Made by a program: the position numbers and the translations under genes
The notes under the pieces: generated by a model
What the model was told of the DNA's origin: nothing
Database searches by the model: none
The model's input: only the letters and a program-made list of their open reading frames with translations
Shown: piece by piece, positions 6,589-20,400 of the stretch
Layout of the letters: the number at the start of each line of letters is the position of its first letter
Position numbering within the stretch: the stretch's first letter is position 1
Origin: an uncultured virus (IMG/VR IMGVR_UViG_3300021963_000099)
Taxonomy: Duplodnaviria > Heunggongvirae > Uroviricota > Caudoviricetes
Length of the DNA: 64,000 bases
IMG/VR virus record: IMGVR_UViG_3300021963_000099
Reading direction: 5' to 3' (one strand)

Positions 6589-8460
6589 ATGGCACTTATC
6601 AACATATCAAGTCTAGACTTTGTAGATATTAGACAGTCTATAAAGGATCAAATTAAAAATAATACTAATTTTACAGACTATGATTTTGAAGGTTCTACTC
6701 TATCATACTTGATAGATACTCTTGCATATAATTCATATATTGCGGCATTTAATGCCAATATGGTTAGTAATGAGGTTTTTATTGATAGTGCTACAATAAG
6801 AGAAAATGTAGTTGCTCTTGCTAGAAATATTGGTTATATTCCAAGACCAAGAAAATCTGCCACAGCAACAGTTAGTTTTTTTATTGACACAACACAATTT
6901 CCAATAAAACCACAAACAATAACATTAAAAAAGGGTATAGTAGCAACATCAAGCGTTACTTTTGGCAATCAAAGTTATGCATTTTCTATACCAGAGGATA
7001 TAACAGTACCAGTATTTAATGATATTGCTTCATTTGATAATATAAAAATATATGAAGGAACTTTAATAGAGCAACAGTTTGTTGTAGACTATAGTAATAG
7101 AATACAAAGATTTACTTTAGATAATTCAGGTTCAGACTATAATACTTTAAGAGTTTATGTAAAAGATAATTTGAGTTCAAATGCCGTTTTAAAGTATGAA
7201 AGATCTGATGCATTATTTAATATAAATGGAGATTCTAGAGTTTATTTTATTCAAGAAATTGAAGATGAAAGATATGAACTTATTTTTGGAGATGGCATTT
7301 TTGGTAGAAGATTATTAAATGATAATGTAATAGAGGTTAGTTACATTATCAATAATGGATCAAATGGTAATAATGTTTCAGATTTTTCTTTTGCTGGAAC
7401 ACTATATGATAATGAAGATAATTTAATTGCAAGAGATATTTCCTCTCTATTTACTGTAGAGTCTTCATCTGGAGGACAAAGCATAGAGTCTGTAAAATCT
7501 ATTAAAAGTTATGCTCCAAGAATATATGCATCTCAAAATAGAGCGGTAACTTCTAATGATTATGAGGCTATAATTAAAAGAATATACCCAGAAGCAGAAT
7601 CTGTAACATCTTTTGGTGGAGAAGAATTAGATCCTCCAGAATTTGGAAGAGTTTATATTGCTATTAAACCAACAAATGGATTGTATGTTTCTAGTGGTAT
7701 TAAACAAAATATAAAAAGAGAATTAAGAAATTATTCGGTTGCAGGAATAGTTCCCGAGATACTTGATGTTAAAATTTTATATGTTGTCTATGAAAGTAGA
7801 ATATTTTATAATGTCTCAGAGTCTAATGAACCAGATAAATTAAAAACTAAAATTAGTGATGTTTTAGTTAAATTTTCAAAATCACCAGAAATGAATAGAT
7901 ATGGTTCCAAGTTTAGATTTAGTAAATTTATTTCTTTAGTTGACAATGTTGATAGATCTATATCATCAAATGAGACTGATATTAGTATGAGAAGATTATT
8001 GCAACCATACTTAAATAGAATTGCAGAGTATGAAATTTGTTTTGGCAATAGAATTATGATCTATGACAGAACAGGATTTAACATTAAAACCTCAGGATTT
8101 TCAGTACCAGGAATACAAGGAACTGTATATATTTCTGATTCTCCAGATGAAGATCAAAGAAAAGGTTCTCTATTTTTGTTTACAAATATAAATTCATCAA
8201 TAGAAATAGTTAGATCTGATATTGGAACCATAGATTATGAAAAAGGAGAAATATTGTTAAATGCAATAAATATAGTATCAACAGCATTAACTCAATCAAC
8301 AGTATCAATAATTTCATTCTCAGTTAAACCATATTCAAATGATGTTATAGGTCTAAATGAATTATTCTTACAAATAGATAATTCTTCTAGTACTATTGAG
8401 ATGATAGAAGAATCACAATCACAGATTGTTTCAAAACCACAAAGGCAGTTTACCATTTAA
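6589..8460 (+). CDS. g6: Baseplate wedge subunit gp6
   Basis: FTDYDFEGS, FIDSATIRENVV, FGDGIFG, QNRAVTSNDY. Confidence 0.93.
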   Translation: MALINISSLDFVDIRQSIKDQIKNNTNFTDYDFEGSTLSYLIDTLAYNSYIAAFNANMVSNEVFIDSATIRENVVALARNIGYIPRPRKSATATVSFFIDTTQFPIKPQTITLKKGIVATSSVTFGNQSYAFSIPEDITVPVFNDIASFDNIKIYEGTLIEQQFVVDYSNRIQRFTLDNSGSDYNTLRVYVKDNLSSNAVLKYERSDALFNINGDSRVYFIQEIEDERYELIFGDGIFGRRLLNDNVIEVSYIINNGSNGNNVSDFSFAGTLYDNEDNLIARDISSLFTVESSSGGQSIESVKSIKSYAPRIYASQNRAVTSNDYEAIIKRIYPEAESVTSFGGEELDPPEFGRVYIAIKPTNGLYVSSGIKQNIKRELRNYSVAGIVPEILDVKILYVVYESRIFYNVSESNEPDKLKTKISDVLVKFSKSPEMNRYGSKFRFSKFISLVDNVDRSISSNETDISMRRLLQPYLNRIAEYEICFGNRIMIYDRTGFNIKTSGFSVPGIQGTVYISDSPDEDQRKGSLFLFTNINSSIEIVRSDIGTIDYEKGEILLNAINIVSTALTQSTVSIISFSVKPYSNDVIGLNELFLQIDNSSSTIEMIEESQSQIVSKPQRQFTI

Positions 8461-8487
8461 GATAAAATCGTCGATTAAGAACCTCAA

Positions 8488-11400
8488 ATGAGCAAAACAA
8501 AAATAAATCTCTTTCAGAAAATTAAAGATTCTTTACCAATTTTTATAAAAGAGGATTTTCCTTTATTTGGAGAACTGTTAGAACAATATTATATTTCTTT
8601 AGAAAAACAATCTGGTTCTTATGATATTTTAAATAGAATTGATGAATATGTAAAGTTAGATGTCATAAAATCTATAAAGGAATATACACAAACTATTAGA
8701 ACAGTTGAGTATTCTGATACAGACATTGAAGTAGAATCTACTGAAGGGTTTCCAGAAAAATATGGTTTAATAAAAATTAATGATGAAATTATATCTTATA
8801 CCGAAAAAACAGATACTTTCTTTTTAGGATGCTATAGAGGATTTTCTGGAATAGATTCTGTAGGTAGTGATTTAAACTTTTCAAAAACAAAAATAGAAAT
8901 TCACGATTCATCTACTAATGTATATAATCTAAGTGGTTTATTTTTAATTGAATTTCTGAAAAAAACTAAAAAACAATTATTACCAGGGTTTGAGGGAATA
9001 ACTTTTGATTCTGATTTAAATGAATCTCTTTTTATAAAGCAATCATCAGATTTTTATAAATCAAAAGGTGCCGATTCATCATTTAAAATTTTATTTTCTG
9101 CACTTTTTGGTGAAGAGGTTAAAATTATTAGACCTAGAGATAATGTATTTGAACCATCAAAATCAATATATAGAGTAACCAATGATATTGTAGTAGAATC
9201 AATAAATGGAAATCCTGAAGATTGTTTAAATAGAACTCTTTATCAAGTAGATGATGAGGGAAATCAATCTTATGGAAGTATCACTAATGTTGAAAAAATT
9301 AGTAGGTCTGGTAAAGATTATTACATTCTAAGTTTAGATTTAGATTATAATAGAGATACAACAAGTAGAGGTTCATTATTTGGAGATTTTTCATATAATT
9401 CAAGTACATTATTAATTGAAGATTATTTTATAGATGATAAAATTTTATATGTAGATTCTACGATAGGATTTCCAAAAGTGGGAGAACTTTATTGTATTCT
9501 TCCAGATGGGAATTTTGATTATATTTCTTATAGTGGAAAAACGGTAAATCAGTTTTTAAATATAACATCCAATATAAATTTACCTAGATTCACTAGAATA
9601 TTATCTACAAACTTTGCAACATGTATTTTAGAAGATTCTGTTGTTGAATTAAGAGTATTTCCTATACTCTCCGAAGTAATTCTCGATCAAAACTCATTAT
9701 CTACAGAGAAAGGAGATAGAATATTATTATCATCTTTAGGAAAAACCCCTAGAGATTTAAAATCTAATGATTGGATTTTTAATATTGCTAATAGAAATAA
9801 TATAGATTTAATAGAGATACAGGAATTAAGACAAAATAAGTATAAAATAACTTTTTTTGAAAATGCAGAATTTTATGTTGGAGATACTTTTAAGTTATAT
9901 TCATCTTCAGGTGATGAATATAACTTAGAATTAATTTCAAGAAATAGTAGGTTACAATACAGTTTCACTTCAAATAAAATAATTTCAAATATAGAAAATC
10001 CTGGTTTTTATACAATTAGAAATATTAATAAACCATCTTTAACAAATTTTGATTTATCTACAGAAACTCCTGCAAATATACAGAATGTTTATTTGGATGA
10101 AGATGAAAAATCTTTATATCTAACATCTCAGTCTATTCCTAGTTATGGAAATATTCCATTAGAAGTACAATCAAATGTATTAGAATTTTATGGAAACTAT
10201 ATTTCGGATGTTAAAAATTATGATCTGAAAGTATTAAAACATCCTTTTAATACTGGAGATGTTGTTGTATATTCTGAACCTCAAGAAGATACTAATGGAA
10301 ACCCAAATACAAATGTAATGAGTTTCCCTAGAGGTAGATACTATGTTAAAGTTATAGATAAAGATACTATAAGATTAGCAAATAGTTTATCCAATATATT
10401 TACAAATAATTTTATTAATTTTTATGGTAACATACCAGAAAATAAAAAAAATAAATTATACCATTTAAAATATGATTCTTTTAATTTTTCATATTTGAGT
10501 CTTTACCTAAATGAACCCAGTCGATATAATAAAATTTCAGGTCAAAACTTAATAAAAGTTATAGAAGAACCAAAAAATAATAGCAATTTTATTTCAGATA
10601 CTAAATCTGGAGTAATAGGAATTTTCAAAAATGGTGTAGAAATTTTAAATTATAAATCAAAAGATAAACTTTTTTATGGGAAAATTAATAATATAGAGAT
10701 ATTATCTTCTGGGGAAAATTATGATGTAATAAATCCTCCAAGGTTAAATCTTGATGATACTATTTTTGGAGTTACTTATGGAAATGGATTTGAAGGAATT
10801 TTAGAAGTCTCTGGATATCTCGATAAAATAGATTTATTTAATGGTGGTATTGGATTTATAAAAGATCCTTTAATTTCCGTTACTGGTGGAAATGGAAAGG
10901 GAGCAAGGGTAGAACCAATTTTAGAAAGTTATGTTTATTCTGAGGAATTTAATGCTGGTGATCCAAATACTGTAGATATTGTAAATAATAAAATTGTTTT
11001 TGGAAAGATAATTTATTTTGTCAATGGTGAAAGAGTATCATATAACTCAAATAATAATACTAATATAAATGGATTATCTAATGGAAATTATTTTGTAAGA
11101 AGAGTATCTGATATCTCTATTCAATTACATAGAAATTTTGAAGATGCTATTAATAATAATAATCCAATTGACTTTAGTGCATTAGGTTCTAATATACACA
11201 CAATAAAATGTTTTCAAAGTAGAAAGAGAATAACAAAATTAAATATATTATCTGGTGGTTTTGGATATACAAATAGAGAATTAAAGTTTGATAGCGATTT
11301 TAATAGTGTAAATTCATATAATAATACCATAACTTTAAATAATCATAGCTTCTCTAGTGGAGAAATTATAAAATATTCTTGCGTAGGTACTCCTATTGGA

Positions 11401-14400
11401 GGATTAACATCTGGATCAAGTTATAGTGTAAGAAAAATAAATGACAATACTTTTAAACTTAAAGATATAAATGATAATAGCACTATCAATCTAACTTCCA
11501 ACGGACTTGGAGTACACACATTTAATTATTTGCCAATAGAGGTAAAAGTAGTAGCATTAGATAATATTCCAAACAATACAGTAGAAATAAGACCAATATT
11601 TAAAGGAGAAATAAAGTCATGTTGGATTTATAGAAATGGAGAGAATTATGGTGTTCAAGATATTTTCAATTTTAATAGACAACCTAAAATAGAAATACAA
11701 AATGGATCTTCTGCAAGATTAAAACCAATAATTATTAATGGTAAAATATCTTCAGTTGTAATAGAAAATTCTGGATATAATTATTACTCAACTCCTGAAA
11801 TCATAATTTATAGTGAAACTGGAGAGGGAGCTAAATTAAGTGCAAAAATAGAAAATGGTTTATTAGATGAGGTTGTAATAGAACAATCTGGTATAAACTA
11901 TGGAAAAGATACTTATATAGAAGTTGTTTCTGCTGGTTCTGGTGCAAAACTATTTGCAAGAATAGATTCTTGGACCGTAAATATTGTAGAAAGAGAATTT
12001 AACAAAAAATTAATTTCTGATGATGATAGTTTTATTGCTTCATCTAATGCATATGATGAAGCAATAACAGGAGCATTCAAATATACTCATTTATACGCTC
12101 CAAGAAAATTAAGGTCTTATATATTAACTAAAAGAGTAGAATCTGGAATTGAAAGATATGTTCCAGATATAACTTTTAGTTTTATTGAAGGTAGAGAATT
12201 AGATTCAAAATATCATTCTCCAATTTTAGGTTGGGCTTATGATGGTAACCCAATATATGGACCATATGGATATTCAAATCCTGACGGAACAGGAAGAGTT
12301 AAACAATTAACATCAGGTTATAGTATAGTAGAAAAACAAAATAGACCATCTGAATCATTATATCCATTAGGATACTTTGTCGAAGATTATGAATATTTTG
12401 ACGGAAAAGATTTAGATATTCATAATGGAAGATTTTGCGTTACTCCAGAATATCCAAATGGAATTTATGCATATTTTTGCACTATAGGAAGTGTTGACGC
12501 TGCATATCAAAATTATAAAAAACCGCAATTCCCATATGTAATTGGCAATTTTTATAAATCTAATCCTATAGAATTTAATTATAAAAATATTAGTCAGAAT
12601 GAATTTAATTATAACAATGTGTTTAGAAATACAACACCTTATAATTTATTTAAAGAAAATTCTGGATATGATTTTATTAATCAAGGAGAAGAAATAGAAA
12701 ATCATTCTTCTTTAGTTTCTCAAGTTACAAGAGGAGATATAAGTGGAATTAATATAGTTTCTCGGGGTGATAATTATAAAGTTGGAGAAAATATCATTTT
12801 TGATAATACTTCATCTCAATCATTTGGAGTAAGAGCATCAGTATTAACTGTGGGAGGGAAACCAATATCATCAGTAGGATATGGAATAACTACAGTAAAA
12901 AATGTAACACTTACAAATTATAATACTGGTTATGTTGCAATATCATCAGAACCACATAACTTAATAACAAATAAAATATTTTTCTATGATGGAAATGATG
13001 ATCCAAAAAAACTTTTAGTTGAAGTATCAAGTTATAAGTCAATATTGGGAATTAATATTGGCAATACTGGCGTAACTGGTATTACTACTTACATTTCAAT
13101 AATAGGAGATCTAGATTATCCTAAAATTATTGTTGATGATATATTAAAACTTGGAAGTAATGAAAAAGTCAAAGTTCTTGAGGTAGATCAAGAGTCTTCT
13201 AGAATAAGAATCTTGAGGGAATATAATTCATATCCAGGTACATCTCATACTGCTGGATTAATAATAGAACAAGATTCGAGAAAATTACTATACAATGCTG
13301 GAGAATATTCCAATTCAAAAAATCTTAGCATATATTTTGATCCAAAAGAGTCTATTGGTGTAGGATCTGGTGTAACAGTTATATTAAAAAATCCTGGTGT
13401 TCATGAGAAAGAAGTTTTCATACCAGAAAAGAGAATATATTTAAAAAATCACAAACTATCATCAAATACTCCATTAATATATTCTTCTAGTGGAAATTTC
13501 CCGATAGGAGTAGCTTTAAGTTCTTCATCATTTAGATTATACGATGGTCAAATAGTTTATGCACAAAGAATAGACTCTAATTTTATTGGTATTACTACTG
13601 TAAAATCCGTTTTAGGTAACGAAGGTGTTCAAGTTGGAATTGCTACAGGAATAAATTCTGATTTATTATCTTTTACAGATTATGGAATCGGTGATTATCA
13701 TAATTTTAGAACAAATATACCTTCAGTAAAAAATGTAACCGTTAATAGTGCATATATTGATATAACAACTAAAGATGATCATCTTTTAGAAACTGATGAT
13801 CAAGTTACATTAAATGTAAAATATTTTGATCAAGAAACTATAAAGATAGTTTATAACGATGAGACAAGAAGATTTGGTATAAATCCAATATTCTTTAGAT
13901 CTGAAGATGTTAATATAACTGATAATACAATTACTGTAGAAGATCATCCATTCTATAATAAACAAAAAGTATTACATACTTCAGAATTCCCTGTACAAGG
14001 ATTACTTACTGATACTTTATACTACATTAATGTTGTAGATAAAGATACTATAAAATTATCTACAAGTGAAACTGATGATACTTCAATTGATTTTTCAACA
14101 GTATCATTTGGAACAATACTTCAAATAAATCCAAAGATTGAGGTTAAAAGAAATAAAAATATTGTTTTTGATTTATCTGATGATAGTTTATCATATATTA
14201 AAAATTTAGTTAAATATTCAGCATTTAATTTTAATCTATATACAGATTCAAATTTTCAAAATAAATTTGAATCAACAAAGAATTCAAATAACTTTACTGT
14301 AACAAAAAATGGTAAAATTGGCATTGATTTAGATGCAAGACTTCTTCTCAAATATGAAGATAACCTACCTGAAAAGTTATACTATAAACTTGATCCTATA

Positions 14401-17400
14401 AAAGATGAAGATACTCCAAATTATAAGTATGAAATAATAATTGATGATAATGATGTCAATTCTATAACTTATATTGATAGTTTTTATAATTTTACAAACG
14501 ATATAGTAAAATTAACTAATAAATCATTTAGAATTTATTTGGATGAACCACCAGCAGAATATATTAATAATCTACTTTCTGTAGCAAATGTAAATTATTC
14601 TACAAACTCTAGTACTACTTTTGGACCAATTAATTCGATTAACTTTGAATCTTTTGGATCAGAATTTACTAATCTACCAGCAATAACATCGGTTAATACT
14701 AAAGATGGTAAAGATTTTCTTGGAATTATCCAATCGAATAATATTGGAAATATTAGAAATGTGAATATTGATAAAATTGGAAATGATTTTTCATCAGATC
14801 CAACTATTAGACCAAGATCAAATCCACCAGTTTCATTAAAAATTGAACCTCTAGCTTCTGTAGACTACATAAAACCAACATTTATAGGTAAAAACTATAA
14901 TGGTCTTCCAGATTTAGTATTAATTGATGGATTTACAAAGAAACCAGCAAATGACTTAAAGTTAAAATTTGATGAAAATACATTAGAAGTTAAAATATTA
15001 ACTAATACAAATGGAATTTATAATGTAAATCCAACAATCATTCCAATAAACAACACAAATGGATTTAAAATATTATCATTATCTTATGATACAGCAGAAG
15101 GATCTGCAACAGCAATTTTAGATACAGTTGGATTTAGTACATTATCAGAATTTCCATTTACAATTGGATCAAAGGTTTTACTTGAAAATGTAGTGACTGG
15201 AAATCCAGATGGTGATAGAGGTTATAATTCTAAAAATTATAACTATACTCTATTTACAGTTACAGATAATGATCCAAACATTGGAGGACAATTGCCATCG
15301 GTTACCTTTAGCATGAAGGAAGTTTTGGGAAGTAGCAGTCCAGGTTTTTACGATGATTTATTTACATCTGCAAGAATTATTCCAGAATCATATTTTCCAA
15401 AATTTGAAATTAAATTAAGCAAAAATATTTTCTTTGAAAACGAAATTGTTGACCAAAATGGAGGATTTACTGGTCAGGTTGTCAAGTGGGATAAAAATAA
15501 TGAATTTTTAAGAGTTGAAACTAATAATTATCAAGATTTAGAATTGAATAAATTGATAAAAGGTAGATCTTCTCAATCTTTTGGTACTGTATCTTCTATA
15601 GTAGGCATATCTACTGTAAATTATATTTTAGGACCAGTAAGAAGAAAACAATCTTCTTGGGAAAATAAAAAGGGATTTTTAAATGATCAAGAGCAGAGAT
15701 TACATGATAGTGACTATTATCAGTATTTTTCATATGCAGTTTCTTCAAAAATTCCATCAGAAAAATGGGATTCTTTAATTCAAGAAACTAATCATACTGC
15801 AGGATTTAAGAGATTTAGTAATTTATCATTAATATCAAATCCATCGGCGGGAAATACAACTGGTATTTCCCAAGATCAAAATGAGGGTTATGTATTAGGA
15901 ATTGCGAATATTGATGGATATGGTGATTTAAATTGTCATTATGATTTTGATATAGTAACTGAAAATAGTATCCAAATAGGTCCAAATGAATTTATTTCGG
16001 ATGAAATAAGATTTAATTCCAGATTACTTCAAGATTATTTTGAATCTATTGGGAACAGAGTTTTAATTGTAGATGAAATACAAGATCAATTTAATAGTAA
16101 TCCAAGACCAACTAGATTTTCTGTAGTTGATGAATTTAAACTAGACGATTTTAAATATAGAAAATATTTTCTCCATACTGCAAATAAATTGTTTATTGAT
16201 GATAGACAATCAATTATTGTAAATCTCCTTCAAGATAAAAACTATGGATGGTTAAATCAATATGGAAGAGTTGAAACAGATAAGGTTCATGGTTACTTTG
16301 ACTTTACTGTTTTTGGTTCTTATGGATATCTTCTTTACTATCCAATTGATTATGAATATGAAGATTATAATCTTAGTGGAATAAGTTTAAATATTGGTGA
16401 CCAGTTAGTTGGAATTGGAACAACTTCTTTAGGAAATGTTGTTTCTGTAGCATCTTCATATAGAACAGTAACATCAGGAGTTGGAGCAGGAGTTCCAATA
16501 CAAATTAGTTCTATACCAAATAGTTACAGATCTATTAAGTATATTATAACTGCTGAATCGGATGATGGAACATTTTTACAAGCAGATGAATTAAACTTAG
16601 TGCATGATGGAACTGAAGTTTTTGTCACTGAATTTGCAAAATTAGAAACATCTAGTTTTAATCGTAATGTTGCTGTGGGTTTCTGTACATATTATCCACA
16701 AATTGTTGGTTCTAATGTAGTAGTTTCTCTAATTCCTAACTATAATCCACCACAGAATTTTAAAATTAATATATTAACTACACAAATTTCAGACACTAGT
16801 AGAACTGGAATAGGAAGTACTGCATTAAATACATCAAGAATAGAAACTGAATTTAAATCTATCTTAGGTTCTCCAACACCTACACCAGGGATAGTTACTA
16901 GTATTGGAAGAGAATATCATTCATTCTATATTTTAGCTAGTATAGAAGATACAACTAATAATGTATATCAAATTACAGAATTAGTAGCTACAAGAGATAA
17001 TGATGATGGGTACATTACAGAATTTGGTAGAGTAGTTAGCGATGTATCAATAGAAGATACTGGAATTGGAACCTTTACAAGTGCAATTAATGGAATAACA
17101 GATGAATTTGAGTTATATTTTGAACCATTATCAAATAGAAATATTGAATTAAGAACTATAATTTATTCAGTAGAACTAGTAGATTTATTAAAAATTTATA
17201 AATCTGTAGATTTAGATCAAGCAAATATTTCTACTTTATATGGAGATTACAGAGGAACAGAAAATGATATTAAGAGATCTTTTGATTTATTCTATAAAGG
17301 AGATCCAATTTTCCAAAGAAAAATTAATTCAGAAGATTCTTCAATTGTAGATTTTTCGGAAAATGTGATTGTCATACCAAATCATTTCTTTGTTACTGGA

Positions 17401-20400
17401 GAAAAAATTATATATGATTATGATACTACTTCATTTGTTCCAGATGAACCAATTGGAATTGTATCGACTGTTGTTCCAGGAATAGGATTAACTAATAAAT
17501 TACCATCTGAGTTATATGTTATCAAAGTTAATGATTCAAAAATTAAATTTGCCCTCAGTGCAGAAGATGCTCTTAAATATAATCCAGTTTCTTTAACAAT
17601 TTCTTCTGTTGGGGTTGGAACAGAACATACATTTACCGCTACAAATAAGGATCCAAAATGTATATTTACTGTAGATAATATGATTCAGTCTCCAGTTGTT
17701 AAAACTGGTATAGAATTTGAATTAACAACAAACCTTTCTGCTACAGATAATCAATTTAAATTAACCGGTATTAGCTCCATATTCTCAAAAGATTTATTAA
17801 AAATTAATGATGAGATTATGCTAGTTGAAACTGTTGGATTAACAACAAATGATTATATTAAAGTAAGAAGAAGATGGATGGGTGAAAAGGGTATTGCTGC
17901 ACACTCTATTGGAGATAAAGTTTATAAACTTTCTGGAAATTACACAATTTATGAAAATACTTTAGATTTTGCATCTGCTCCATATGGAAAAGTACCTATA
18001 ACACAACCACAAAATCAAGTTGGTGCTCCAATAATCAGACCAGATGATAGGGATTTCACTGGAATTACTACTAGTTCTTATTTCGCAGGTAGGGTATTCT
18101 TAAGATCCGGAGAAGTAGATACTTTAGATGAAGTATATACAGAAAATGTTATTTTTGATGATATTTCTAGACAGTTTACAGGGATTTCTTCTCAATTTTT
18201 ACTAAAAGTTCAAGGTAATAATGTTACTGGTATTTCAACAAATAATGGAATTATTCTTGTTAAAGATATATTCCAACAACCCTCTAGATTAGGTCCATCA
18301 TCTGTTGATGGAAATTATTCACTAAATGATACTGGTACAGAAACTATCATAGAATTTTCCCCAAGTACACAAGAAGTTATTGATGATGTAAATATTACAA
18401 ATTTACCTCTTGGAGGTGTAATTCTTTCAGTTGGATCTACATCAGGATTTGGATATCAACCTTTAATTTCTGCTGGAGGTACAGCTATAATATCTGGATT
18501 TGGAACAATATCAAATATAAGTATTGGTGAAAGTGGATCTGGATATAGATCTGGAATTCAGACCTTTGTTAATGTTTATGCCCAAACCTCTTCCTCAATA
18601 GAAAATATTGGTACGGCAACAATAAGTAATGGAAATATTATAGGTGTTGCTATAACAAATGTAGGTGTTTCTTATACAAATACAAATCCCCCTCTAATTA
18701 TATTTGATGCTCCACTAGGATATTCCAATATTCCTTTAGTTTATTCAAAAGATTCTGTTCAGGGAATAGGTACTGGTGCTAAAGTTGATATAATAATGAG
18801 TAATAATTCTTCGGTATTTGAATTTAATATCACCAATAATGGTTATTCATATAAAGAAGGTGAAATACTAACTGTAGATATTGGTGGTATTTCAGGAATT
18901 CCTACAGATGTTACAAAAACTTTTAAAGAATTCAAAATTAATATTAAATCAACTCATCATGATGAATTTAGTGGATGGACTATTGGAGATTTGCAGCAAT
19001 TAGATCCATTTGATGGGTTATTTAATGGAAAGAGAAGAGTATTTCCATTAAAATTCCTGGGAAATAGAGTATCAATTATTGCTAAAAATGGTAGTAATAT
19101 TGATGTTGAAGCAACTTTATTAATATTCATCAATGGCATTCTACAAATACCTGGGAAAGCATATACTTTTAAAGGTGGTAGTATTGTTATTTTTTCTGAA
19201 CCTCCATTACAAGAATATACTTCAAATATACTTTTCTATAGAGGAACTCCAAATGTTGATGTTACTTTAATTGATATTATTGAACCTGTAGAAATAGGAG
19301 ACACTGCAAAGATTCATTCAAATGAGATAAGAGAAAGAGAAGAAGAAAGACAAATTGAAGATATATTATCTGCAGATATTGTAATCACAAATCCATATTC
19401 AGGTCCAGGAAATCTAACCGATGAAGTAACTGAAAGACCTGTTAATATTTGTAGACAAGTTGAAGATTTATTCATAAATGGTCAGTTCATATCAAAAGAT
19501 AGAGCTTTATATGAACCTCTGATAACACCATCTACAAATATTATTCAAAATGTTAGTGTTTCTTCAACTGAAATGTTTGTAGAAAGTTTAAAAACTTTCT
19601 TTGATAGTGGCGCTGAAAATATGTCAGATTTCTTGAGTTCTCAAATTCAAATAATTTCAAATGATCCTTTCCAAGTTGCTATTGCAACAGCGATTGTTTC
19701 TGCTGCAGGATCAATTACATCTATAGATATTACAAATCCAGGATTAGGATATACTATAACCCCTTCTGGAACTGTGTCTAATCCTCCAGAGATTTCATCT
19801 AATGGAGTGAAAGCAGAAATTGAATTTTCACTAGTTAATGGATCAATATCATCATATAACATAACAAATACCGGTTCTGGATATGATGAAAATAATCCTC
19901 CAGTAATTCTTATAGAATCACCAAATCCAGTTACAGAAGAGATTATTAATGTAAATTACTATGGAGATTTTGGTTCTGTTGTTGGTGTTTCTAGAACAAC
20001 AGTTGGATCTGGATTAACTGCTATAGCATTAGATTTTTATATTGATGAAGACTCATTTTTAAGAAATCCTATAATAAATTCAGATATTCAATCTACGACT
20101 GGACATAGTGGTATTTCAACAAATTATTATTTTGTAATATCTAATTCAAATGTTGGAGTATCTTTAACTTCACTTTACAATAATGGTTCTATACTATGCT
20201 CTTCAGATAATTATATTGATGGTACATATCAAGTTTATGATTTAGAAATAAAAAATAAAGAAATCGTTGGAATTGGAACTACTACTATAGTTGAAGTTTA
20301 TACTAGAATTAATAGTGATTTAGATTTAACTTTACAAACTTTCGACTCAACTTTATTAACTTTAGATTCTACAATTTATACTTTTGATAGTAATAGTAGA